From Acidimicrobiales bacterium (GTDB lineage: Bacteria > Actinomycetota > Acidimicrobiia > Acidimicrobiales > CADCSY01): DNA of 43,443 nucleotides. The position numbers were made by a program, and so were the translations under genes. Positions 26,069-34,400 of the stretch are shown here, one piece after another. Where the stretch lies: NCBI GenBank assembly GCA_051005375.1, contig JBPCJK010000062.1, forward strand, positions 1-43,443. The letters run 5' to 3'. Within the stretch, counting starts at the first letter, position 1, and the number at the start of each line of letters is the position of its first letter. Under the pieces are notes generated by a model. That model saw only the letters and a list, made by a program, of their open reading frames with translations. It ran no database searches and had not been told where the DNA came from.

Positions 26069-26307
26069 GTGGGCACTCTAGCGCCTCTAGATATCGCCAC
26101 TGTGGCGGCGAGGTTCCGTGCTGGCGGGGCAGACGGGCGCGGAGGATCCGCACCGAAGGTTCGGCGACCGGCACGGGGACGATGCGGGCGATGGGCCAGT
26201 TCCGGTCCATCACCTCGACCTCCCCCCCGCCCCGCCCCGCCCCCCTCTACGTCCCAGAGGTGCTGTGAGAGGTGATCCTTGAGCTCGGCGATTCCAACCC
26301 GCTTCAT
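26065..26307 (-). pseudogene. Phd/YefM-like antitoxin remnant (copy 1) interrupted by a G-tract
   Basis: From ATG 26307 it reads MKRVGIAELKDHLSQHLWDVEGG, then passes through the G-rich tract. The family-like continuation EVEVMDRNWPIARIVPVP is in the +1 frame. The in-frame continuation is Arg/Pro-rich junk. Confidence 0.55.
26222..26245 (-). repeat. G-quadruplex/i-motif-type simple-sequence tract (G6-C-G4-C-G4-C-G7 on the minus strand)
   Basis: The plus strand reads C7 G C4 G C4 G C6 at 26222..26245. That is four G-runs of at least 4 with 1-nt loops. Confidence 0.95.
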
Positions 26308-26324
26308 GGCTACATGTAGCCATG
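26305..26324. promoter_or_regulatory. perfect 20-bp palindrome CATGGCTACATGTAGCCATG, candidate operator
   Basis: The sequence is self-complementary over all 20 bp. Its left arm contains the minus-strand ATG of antitoxin remnant copy 1. It lies 35 bp upstream of the proB start. Confidence 0.5.
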
Positions 26325-26358
26325 ACGCTCTGGCGGGCCAAGGGCTAGGTTCCGGCCG

Positions 26359-27450
26359 ATGGCGACCGTCGTGGTGAAGATCGGCTCCTCGTCGGTCACC
26401 GGCGAAGACGGGGTCGACGCCGGCGCCATCGCCAAGTTCTGCGCCGAGGTGGCCGATCTGCGCCACCAGGGGCATCGGTTGGTCATGGTCACCAGCGGGG
26501 CCATCGCCGCCGGACTGCCGGCGCTGGGGATGACCCACGCTGGGGTCAGCGACGTGGTCACCCTCCAGGCGGCGTCGGCGGTGGGCCAGAGCAGGCTCAT
26601 GCGGGTCTACGACGATGTGCTCGCCGGGCACGGCCTGGTCGGCGGCCAGGTGCTGATGGCGCCGCTCGACTTCATGGTCCGACATCAGTACCTGCACGCC
26701 CGTACCACCCTGGAACGGATGCTGGCGCTCGGCGTGGTGCCGGTGGTGAACGAAAACGACGTCATCGCCGACGACGAGATCCGCTTCGGCGACAACGATC
26801 GTCTGGCTGCCCTGGTGGCCCACCTGCTGGCGGCCGACGTGCTGGTGCTGCTGACCGATGCCCCCGGCCTGCTCACCACCGATCCCCGCCTCGACTCCGG
26901 GGCCGGGCTCATCGAGGAGATCGTGGAGGTTGACGCCGAGATGGAGGCAGCCGCTGGGGGGGCGGGAACGCCGGCCGGCAGCGGTGGGATGACCTCCAAG
27001 CTGGCGGCGGCCAAGATCGCGGCATGGTCGGGGGTACGAGCCGTCATCGCCGCCGCCGACCGGCCCGGGGTCCTGGCCGATGCCGTGGCCGGGGTCTCCG
27101 GGGTGGGCACGGTGGTGCGACCCCGGGGCAAGCGGCTCGGCGCTCGCAAGCTGTGGATCGCCTTCGCCGTGGGGGCGTCAGGCACGGTGGTGGTGGACGA
27201 GGGCGCCCAGCGGGCGCTGCGGGAGCGCAACGTGTCGCTGCTTGCCGCCGGAGTGCAAGAGGTTCGGGGCCGCTTCGCTGCCGACGCCGCAGTGGAGCTG
27301 GCTGGACCGGACGGCCGGGTGTTCGCCAAGGGCCTGGTCCGAATGGGAGCGGGGACGTTGGCCAGCCTGGCCGGCCTCCGCACTTCGGAGCTGCCCGAAG
27401 GGGTTCCCCACGAGGTCGTCCACCGCGACGACCTCGTCGTCCTGCCCTGA
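26359..27450 (+). CDS. proB: glutamate 5-kinase (with C-terminal PUA domain)
   Basis: VVKIGSSSVT, NENDVIADDEIRFGDNDRLAALVA and a PUA-like C-terminus are present. Its position after obg matches other actinobacteria. Confidence 0.95.
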   Translation: MATVVVKIGSSSVTGEDGVDAGAIAKFCAEVADLRHQGHRLVMVTSGAIAAGLPALGMTHAGVSDVVTLQAASAVGQSRLMRVYDDVLAGHGLVGGQVLMAPLDFMVRHQYLHARTTLERMLALGVVPVVNENDVIADDEIRFGDNDRLAALVAHLLAADVLVLLTDAPGLLTTDPRLDSGAGLIEEIVEVDAEMEAAAGGAGTPAGSGGMTSKLAAAKIAAWSGVRAVIAAADRPGVLADAVAGVSGVGTVVRPRGKRLGARKLWIAFAVGASGTVVVDEGAQRALRERNVSLLAAGVQEVRGRFAADAAVELAGPDGRVFAKGLVRMGAGTLASLAGLRTSELPEGVPHEVVHRDDLVVLP

Positions 27451-27454
27451 AAAT

Positions 27455-27479
27455 GTTCGCTGGCGAACCAGAGGTTCGC
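27455..27479. repeat. 25-bp motif GTTCGC-N2-GCGAAC-N5-GTTCGC (contains an 8-bp stem / 3-nt loop hairpin); possible bidirectional terminator or protein-binding site
   Basis: It lies between convergent proB and a response regulator gene. The core ggcgaaccagaggttcgccg (27462..27481) recurs as an exact reverse complement at 35865..35884. Confidence 0.4.
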
Positions 27480-27486
27480 CGTTGAT

Positions 27487-28110
27487 TCACCTGTCAGGGT
27501 TCGGGCTCAGCCAGCCATTGGCGTCGGCCATCTGGGCGGCCTCGATGCGGTTGCGGGCTCCAGTCTTGCCAATGGCCGACGACAGGTAGTTGCGGACCGT
27601 CCCCTGGGACAGGAACAGGCGCCGCGCCATGTCGGCCACCGTGGACCCGTCGCCGGCGGCGCCGAGCACCTCCCGCTCCCGTGCCGACAAGGGGTTAGGC
27701 CCGGCGCGCAACGCCGCCGCCGCCAAGCTGGGGTCGATGACCCGCTCACCCTTCACGACCCGGCGGATCGCCATCGCCAGCTCGTCGGCGGGGCCGTCCT
27801 TGACTAGGAAGGCCGAGGCCCCGGCCTCCATGGCCCGCCGCAGGTAACCGGGTCGGCCGAAGGTGGTGAGGATCACCGCCTTGCACCCGGGCAGTCGGGA
27901 TCGGACCTCCCGGGCGGCGGTCAGCCCGTCCATGCCCGGCATCTCGATGTCGAGGAGCACCACGTCGGGTTGCACCTCCAAGGCGGCGGCCACGGCCTCG
28001 GTCCCGGACCCGACCTGGCTGACGACCTCCAGGTCTGGCTCCATGTCCAGGAGAGAGGCGAGTGCGCCCCGGACCATGCCCTGGTCCTCGGCCAGCAGGA
28101 CCCGGATCAT
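27487..28110 (-). CDS. NarL/LuxR-family response regulator (DesR-like)
   Basis: The REC domain reads MIRVLLAEDQGMV, DVVLLDIEMPGMDG, AFLVKD. The LuxR HTH reads LSAREREVLGAAGDGSTVADMARRLFLSQGTVRNYL. ATG 28110 is chosen within the longer ORF. Confidence 0.9.
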   Translation of the reverse strand: MIRVLLAEDQGMVRGALASLLDMEPDLEVVSQVGSGTEAVAAALEVQPDVVLLDIEMPGMDGLTAAREVRSRLPGCKAVILTTFGRPGYLRRAMEAGASAFLVKDGPADELAMAIRRVVKGERVIDPSLAAAALRAGPNPLSAREREVLGAAGDGSTVADMARRLFLSQGTVRNYLSSAIGKTGARNRIEAAQMADANGWLSPNPDR

Positions 28111-28144
28111 GACGGACGGAGTGCCGATGCCACAAGGCTGCACA

Positions 28145-29292
28145 TCACGCTGGGTCGGGGACGCCGGACCGCAGCGGGACGCTCGCCACCAACGTGAAGC
28201 CGCCACCGGGGCGATCCCCACTGTCCAGCCAGCCGCCGGCCATGGCCATGCGCTCGGCCAGGCCGTGGAGGCCGCTGCCGCCGACCGTCGCGTCAGGATT
28301 CTGGGTGGGACCCCGTCCGTCGTCGCGAATCTCGGCGGTAACGGCGTCGCCCTCGATGGCCACGTCGATCTCGCACGTCCGGGCGCCACTGTGGCGCACG
28401 ACGTTGGTCACGCCCTCTCGCACCACCCACCCGAGGACACCTTCCACGGCGGCGGTCAGCGGGCCGGGGGTTACCCGCACGATCGGCTCGATACCCGCGG
28501 CGGTTAGGGCCGAGCGGGCCTGGTCCAACTCCTCGGCCAGGTTCTGGGCTCGGTAGCGGTCACCGCCTCGCGGATCTCGGTCAGCGCCTGGCGGGCGACC
28601 AGCTCGATCTGCTTGACCTCCACGCCCGCCGCCTGAGAATCTCGGTCGACGAGGCGTCGGGCCAGTTCGCTCTTGAGCACGATGACCGACAGGCTGTGGC
28701 CCAGGAGGTCGTGGAGGTCCCTGGCGAAGCGCAGGCGCTCCCCGGTGACGGCCAGCCGGGCGACTTCTTCTCGGGCGGCGCGGAGCTCGGTGACGAGGGT
28801 CATGGTCCGGCGCCATCCGATGATCATCATCCCCATCATCAGGGTCATGAACGGGAAGAAGGCGACGTTTGAGGCACCGACGTCGGCGGCGATGGATGCG
28901 ATGAGGGCCAGGGCAGCGTTGGCGACGACGGCGACCAGCGCGGTCCGGGGAGCGAGGTTGGCCCCCAAGGCGACGCTCACGTAGATGAAGATGCCGATCC
29001 AGTTGGCCCCGAACCCGAAGGCCAGCCCGATGGCGAGGACGGCGAACGCCACGAGCACGGAAATGGGGCGCCGGCCAGATGCAGACGGCGAGCCCCACGG
29101 GTGGCGCAGCACCAACACCTCGTAGAGGACGACGAACAGGCCCAGCCCGACCCAAGCCGCGACTGCCCCTGCGCCGTCGATCCGGCCCCGGACCAGATCG
29201 CCGACGGGGTAGGCGAGGAAGACGAGCCACACCGAGAACCACGCCAGCCGCACGGGCTCTGGGGGCCGGCGCCGTCCGACAACCCGACCCAT
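28145..29292 (-). pseudogene. DesK-like (HisKA_3) sensor histidine kinase with a 1-nt frameshift
   Basis: ORF 28504..29292 carries the TM domain and H-box FARDLHDLLGHSLS up to TEIREAVTA. The ORF ending at 28145 continues YRAQNLAEELDQARSAL and the HATPase part (REGVTNVVRHSGA, DDGRG, GSGLHGLAERM). The junction accgctacc at 28552..28560 would read TGYRAQN with one extra G. Confidence 0.7.
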
Positions 29293-29334
29293 GTCGGCCG
29301 GGTCTCGGCTTCGTCGCTCACCATCGTGGCTCGC

Positions 29335-30066
29335 TCAACCCGCCACGCTCGACCGCCGGTAGCTCCAAGCGGCGAGCACGGCCAGCCCCGCTGTCCACCC
29401 CAGCAGGATGAGTCCGCTGCTGACCCTCGGGCCCTGGCCGGCGGCGATGCGCCAGCCGAGGTCGCCGAGGCGGTTGGTGGGCAGGACCCGGCCGACGGCC
29501 CGAAGCGCCTCGGGCAGGAGGCGCAGGGGCATCCACAGCCCCCCGATGGCCGGGAGTACGAACCAGGCGGCGAGGGTGAGGCTGTGGGCCGAGTCGCTGT
29601 CGGCGAGGTAGCCGATGAGGAGGCCGAGCATGGCGAACGGGGCGGTGCCGAGCGTCGTGACGGCGATGAAACCAGTCCATTCCCCCGCCGTCAGCCGTAC
29701 GCCCTGGACCAGGCCGGCGGTGATGCTCACCACGACGACGGCCGGGAGGCCGAGCGCCATCGCCGCCAGCACCTTGGCGGCGATGACCTTTCCGGCGGGC
29801 AGCGGCGTGGCCCGGAGCTGGCGGAGCCAGCCTGCCTCCCGTTCGGTGGCGACCCTCGGCCCCGTGGTGAAGAGGACGGCTCCGATGGCGCCGTAGGCGG
29901 CCATGGACACCATGGCTTCGACCGGCTGGGCCAGGCCCTCGGCCGACTCCGCCCCGAAGATGCTCGTGAACAGGAGGTAGAAGCCGACCGGAGTGGCCAA
30001 ACTGAGGAGCAGGTACCGGCTGTTGCGGAGGACCCGAAGGACCTCGAGGCGCAGGTAGGCGGTCAT
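29335..30066 (-). CDS. ABC-2-type transporter permease
   Basis: 243 aa from ATG 30066 with about 6 TM segments. The N-terminus MTAYLRLEVLRVLRNSRYLLL is typical of ABC-2 permeases. Confidence 0.75.
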   Translation of the reverse strand: MTAYLRLEVLRVLRNSRYLLLSLATPVGFYLLFTSIFGAESAEGLAQPVEAMVSMAAYGAIGAVLFTTGPRVATEREAGWLRQLRATPLPAGKVIAAKVLAAMALGLPAVVVVSITAGLVQGVRLTAGEWTGFIAVTTLGTAPFAMLGLLIGYLADSDSAHSLTLAAWFVLPAIGGLWMPLRLLPEALRAVGRVLPTNRLGDLGWRIAAGQGPRVSSGLILLGWTAGLAVLAAWSYRRSSVAG

Positions 30067-30118
30067 CGGGGGCTCCCTTCGTAGCCTGCGGTGGTCGACG
30101 CCGTAACGCTCGGCGGCA

Positions 30119-30337
30119 TCAACTTCGGCGCCTCCGGCCTCGGTGCGGGTCGCGTCCGTCCCCCTCGGTGTCGGCCCGCAACCTGGGCAGGACGAGCCCC
30201 ATGACGGCGAACACGGCGCCCACCACGAGGGCCACCACCGGGGCACCGTGCTCGGCGAAGAGCCCGGTGAAGGCGAAGGCGAAGCCGGCGATGATCCCGG
30301 CAATGGGGTAGATCGGCCATGGCCGCCGGTTGTTCAT
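30119..30337 (-). CDS. small (72 aa) two-TM membrane protein, hypothetical
   Basis: Its ATG overlaps the ATPase stop (ATGA). It has two hydrophobic helices (IYPIAGIIAGFAFAFTGLF and VVALVVGAVFAVMGLVL). No family was recognised. Confidence 0.4.
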   Translation of the reverse strand: MNNRRPWPIYPIAGIIAGFAFAFTGLFAEHGAPVVALVVGAVFAVMGLVLPRLRADTEGDGRDPHRGRRRRS

Positions 30338-31268
30338 CTCGACTCCCTCTGTCGTTCTTGTAGCTCGGGCTTCGGTCCTTCAGGGGACGTGACGGTGAGG
30401 GCGAGGAACGCCTCCTCAAGGCCGGCCCCGCTCACCTCGATGTCACGCACCTCCGCCTGGCTGGCGAAGAGGGCACGGAGGGTGGCGTCGGGATCGGCGC
30501 TGCGCAGCAGCGTCCGGCCGGCGTGGGTCTCGACCGCGGTCACGCCAGGGAGGTGCTCCAACCCGGTGGGGGATCCGTCGGCTAGGGAAAAGCGGATGGT
30601 GCGGCCACCGGCGGCCGCCTTGATCTCGGGGGCCGATCCGTCGGCCACGATCCGGCCTCGGTTGACGACGACGATGCGGTCGGCGTTGGCGTCGGCCTCT
30701 TCCAGGTAGTGGGTGGCGAAGAGCACGGTTCGACCCCCCGCCACCTCGGCCCGCATGCTGGTCCAGAACCTCCGTCGGGCCTCGACGTCCATGCCGGCGG
30801 TGGGCTCGTCAAGGACCAGGATCGAAGGGTTGCCGACGAGGGCCATGGCGAAGCGCACTCGCTGGGCCTGGCCACCCGAGAGCTTGTCGACGTGGCGCCC
30901 GGCGAGGGGGGCGAGCCCGGCCGTCTCGAGCACCTGGTCAAGCGGCAACGGGTTCGGATAGAGGCCCCGCACGAAGCCGACCAGTTCCACCACCTTCACT
31001 CCCGGAATCAACCCGCCCTGTTGGAGCATGGCGGCGATGTGGCCGCTGGCCACCGCCTCGCGGGCCCCAGGTCCCACACCGAGACTGATCAGTCGTCGGG
31101 CGCCAGCAACCCGAGCATCATGTTGATGATGGTGGACTTGCCCGCCCCGTTGGGGCCGAGGACGGCTACGCTCTCGCCCCGGGCGATGGTCAGGTCGAGG
31201 CCGTCGACCGCCCGTACCTTCCCGAAACTCTTGGCCACCTCGTGGATGTCGACGGCGTTGCTGGTCAT
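30334..31268 (-). pseudogene. ABC transporter ATP-binding protein with a 1-nt frameshift after Walker A
   Basis: Fragment 31089..31268 reads [59 protein letters not shown]-stop. ORF 30334..31077 carries the Q-loop, the signature LSGGQAQR, Walker B ILVLDEPTAGMD and the H-loop ATH. The frames join if one C is added near 31089..31092. Confidence 0.7.
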
Positions 31269-31349
31269 CGGGTCCCTCCGGTAATGGGTTCCGGGGTCAC
31301 GCTAGGGATCTGAGGGCAGGCCGGTAGTGGGATGCGTCATGTCTTGGCG

Positions 31350-31363
31350 GTGACAGTTGTCAC
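31350..31363. promoter_or_regulatory. palindrome GTGACA-GT-TGTCAC, candidate operator
   Basis: It has perfect 6-bp inverted arms. It lies in the 170-bp divergent region between the ABC ATPase (start 31268, minus) and the GlmS-like gene (start 31438, plus). Confidence 0.35.
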
Positions 31364-31437
31364 ATCCGAACCGGGCGCCCACCACCACAACCTGCCGCCA
31401 GGTCCAACCGGTGGGACTGGGCACTACCCTGCGGTCC

Positions 31438-34400
31438 ATGTGCGGGATCATCGCCGTCGTGCGTCGCCCGTCTCGACGATCGCCCCCTGCGCCAAGCGAC
31501 ATCCGTACCGGTCTGGCCCGGGCCGAAGCTGGACTGGCAGACCAGGGTCGGGCAACGGTCGCTCTCGAGGAGGCTGCCGCCGAGCTCGAGGGGCTCGATC
31601 GGGCCTTGCGGGGGAGTGCCGGGATGGCCTGCCTCCTCGCCCACGCCGACCTGGCCGCCGACCTGGCCGCCGTCGCCGAGCGCCTCGACGCTGAGACCCA
31701 GCGCCTCGACCACGAGGTCGATCGCACGGCACCGGCGTTGTCGGGCTGGGCTCTGGAGTCCCGCAACGCCGCCCTGCTCCGGCTCAAGGATGCGGTGTGG
31801 GCCCTCGGCCGTGACCGTCTTGGGGCAGCCCGGGGGGTGGCCGAGCTGGCCGGGGCCGACCCTGGCCCGTCTGCCGTCGAGGCCTTCACCTCGGTCAACA
31901 CCGCGCTGTCGGCCCTCGACCGCCTCGAGGTCCGGGGCCGCGACTCGGCAGGGATCCACCTGCTGGTCGACGGCCATGGGCTCGACCTGGCCAGCCCCGA
32001 GATCGCCGCCCTGGTGACCGCACGGGGCGCCGACCCCCTGTTCCGGTCCGGGTCGGTTCGAACTCCCCTGGGCCGGCTGAGCCTGGTGTACAAGGCGGCG
32101 GCGGAGATCGGGGAGCTGGGCGACAACACCCGCTCCCTGCGCCGGGCCATCACCGGCGACCCGCTCCTCCACCTGGCTGTGGCCGGTCCGGACGCCCGCG
32201 TCACCGTGCTCGGCCACACCCGCTGGGCCAGCGTGGGCATCGTGTCCGAGGCCAACGCCCACCCCCTCAACCACGAGGAAGAGCCCCACGATCAGGAGTT
32301 GGGCGAGGACGACGAGGCCGCGGGTGGGCCATCGGCGCCCTACGTGGCCGTGGCCGTCAACGGAGATGTCGACAACCACGTGGAGCTCCGTCGACGCCGC
32401 CATCTGCGCATCCCCGCCGAGGTCACCTGCGACACCAAGGTCGTTCCCGCTCTGGTGTCCCGCTCGCTGGCGCACGGCGGTGCGGTGGAGGAGGCCTTCC
32501 GGGTGGCGGTGTCCGAGCTGGAGGGGTCGATGGCCATCGCCGCCAGCCTGGCCGAGGCCCCCTGCCGACTCCTGCTGGCCGTTCGGGGGAGCGGCCAGGC
32601 CCTGTACATCGGACTGGCCGACGACGCCTACGTGGTGGCCAGCGAGCCCTACGGGATGGTCGGCGAGACCTCCAGCTACCTCCGCGTGGACGGCGATGCC
32701 GCAGCCGGTCCCGCCGGGGTCCGGGGCCAGCTCATCGTCCTTGACGGGGCCCTCGATGGCGGCGGCGACGGGCTCGATGCCGTCCGGCGTTGGTCCTACG
32801 ACGGCACCCGGCTGCCGGTGGGGGACGACGACGTCCACACCGCTGAGGTCACCACCCGTGACATCGACCGGGCCGATTTCCCCCACTACCTGCTGAAGGA
32901 GCTGTCCGAGGCGCCCCGATCGCTGGCCAGGACCTTGCGAGGTCGGATCGAGGATCGGGGTGGCCGCCTGGGTGTGACCCTCGACGACGATGTGCTGCCC
33001 GAACCGGTGCGCAAGCGGTTGGCTGACGGCTCCATCGCCAGGGTCCTGGTAGTCGGCCAGGGGACTGCGGCGGTCGCCGGCCAGAGCGTGGCCAGCGCCG
33101 TCGCCGGCGCCTGCCGCCGATCTGCGCTGCGGGTCGAGGCGCTGCTGGCGACCGAGCTGTCGGGCTTCGGCCTCGACGACGACATGTCCGACGTCCTGGT
33201 GGTGCCCGTCAGCCAGTCGGGAACCACCACCGACACCAACCGGACCGTGGATCTGGTGCGGGCCCGGGGGGCAGCGGTGGTGGCCATCGTCAACCGTCGC
33301 AACAGCGATCTGGTGGAGAAGGCCGACGGGGTGCTCTTCACCTCCGACGGCCGGGACGTGGAGATGAGCGTGGCCTCCACCAAGGCGTTCTACGCGCAGG
33401 TGGCGGCGGGGTTCCTCCTGGCCGAGGGCATCGCCGACGCTATCGGGTGCCCAGACCGCGCTCGGGCGTCGGCGTTGCTCGACGGCCTACGGCGTCTGCC
33501 GGCAGCGATGGAGCGCGTGCTCGCCGGGCGAGAGGCCATCGCCGAGGCTGCCTTCGACCACGCCCCCAGCCGCCGCTACTGGGCGGTGGTGGGCAACGGG
33601 GCGAACCGGATCGCCGCCGAGGAGGTGCGCATCAAGCTCTCCGAGCTCTGCTACAAAGCCGTCGCCTGCGACGCCACCGAGGACAAGAAGCACATCGACC
33701 TGTCGTCTGAACCGCTGGTCTTCGTGTGCGCCGCCGGGCTGAGCGGGCCCAACGCCGACGACGTGGCCAAAGAGGTGGCCATCTACCGGGCCCACCGGGC
33801 AGCACCGGTGGTGGTGGCGACCGAGGGCCAGGAGTTCCTGGAGGCCGTTGCGACCATCGAGGTGCCTGCGGTCCACCAGAGCCTGGCCTTCGTGCTGTCA
33901 GCCATGGTCGGGCACTTGTTCGGCTACGAGGCGGCGCTGGCCATCGACGCCCAGGCCCTGGTGCTACGGGAGGCCCGGGCGACCATCGAGGCCGGGCTGG
34001 CGGTGGCCGACGACGACCGACTGCTCGAGCGCGTCGCCCGCCTGCTGGGCCCCATCGCCGGTCGCATCCTCGACGGCCTGCGCAGTGGCGCCTACGACGG
34101 CCACCTGCCCACGGCGTCCGCGCTGCAGGTGGCCTCCCTGCTGGGGTACGCCACCGGCAGATGGCCGCTTGAGGACTACCAGGTCGACCACGGGAAGCTG
34201 GGCCTTCCGAGCGTGGTGGTCGAGGACCTGACCAACGCCCTCACCCGAGCCATCGAGGAGCTGACCCGCCCCATCGACGCCATCAAGCACCAGGCCAAGA
34301 CCGTCACCGTCGGCATCTCTCGCTCGGAAGACGTCCTGCTCGGCGCACCGCTGGTGGGTGCGGTCATGGCTGCGGGGGCGAGCCGGGAGCGCCTCGGTTA

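Noticed and set aside
27462-27480. The shared palindrome GCGAAC-N5-GTTCGC resembles a LexA SOS (Cheo) box, and the flanking TGAAAATG resembles half of a Zur box.
   Set aside because: The Gram-positive/actinobacterial SOS box has GAAC-N4-GTTC, whereas here the spacer is 5 nt at both sites. The Zur-like half has no symmetric partner. Neither flanking gene set is DNA-damage or zinc related.
31285-31437. A glmS ribozyme upstream of the GlmS-like gene.
   Set aside because: I could not identify the conserved core or a cleavage-site context by eye, and to my knowledge that ribozyme is largely a Firmicute feature. A covariance-model scan would be needed to be certain.
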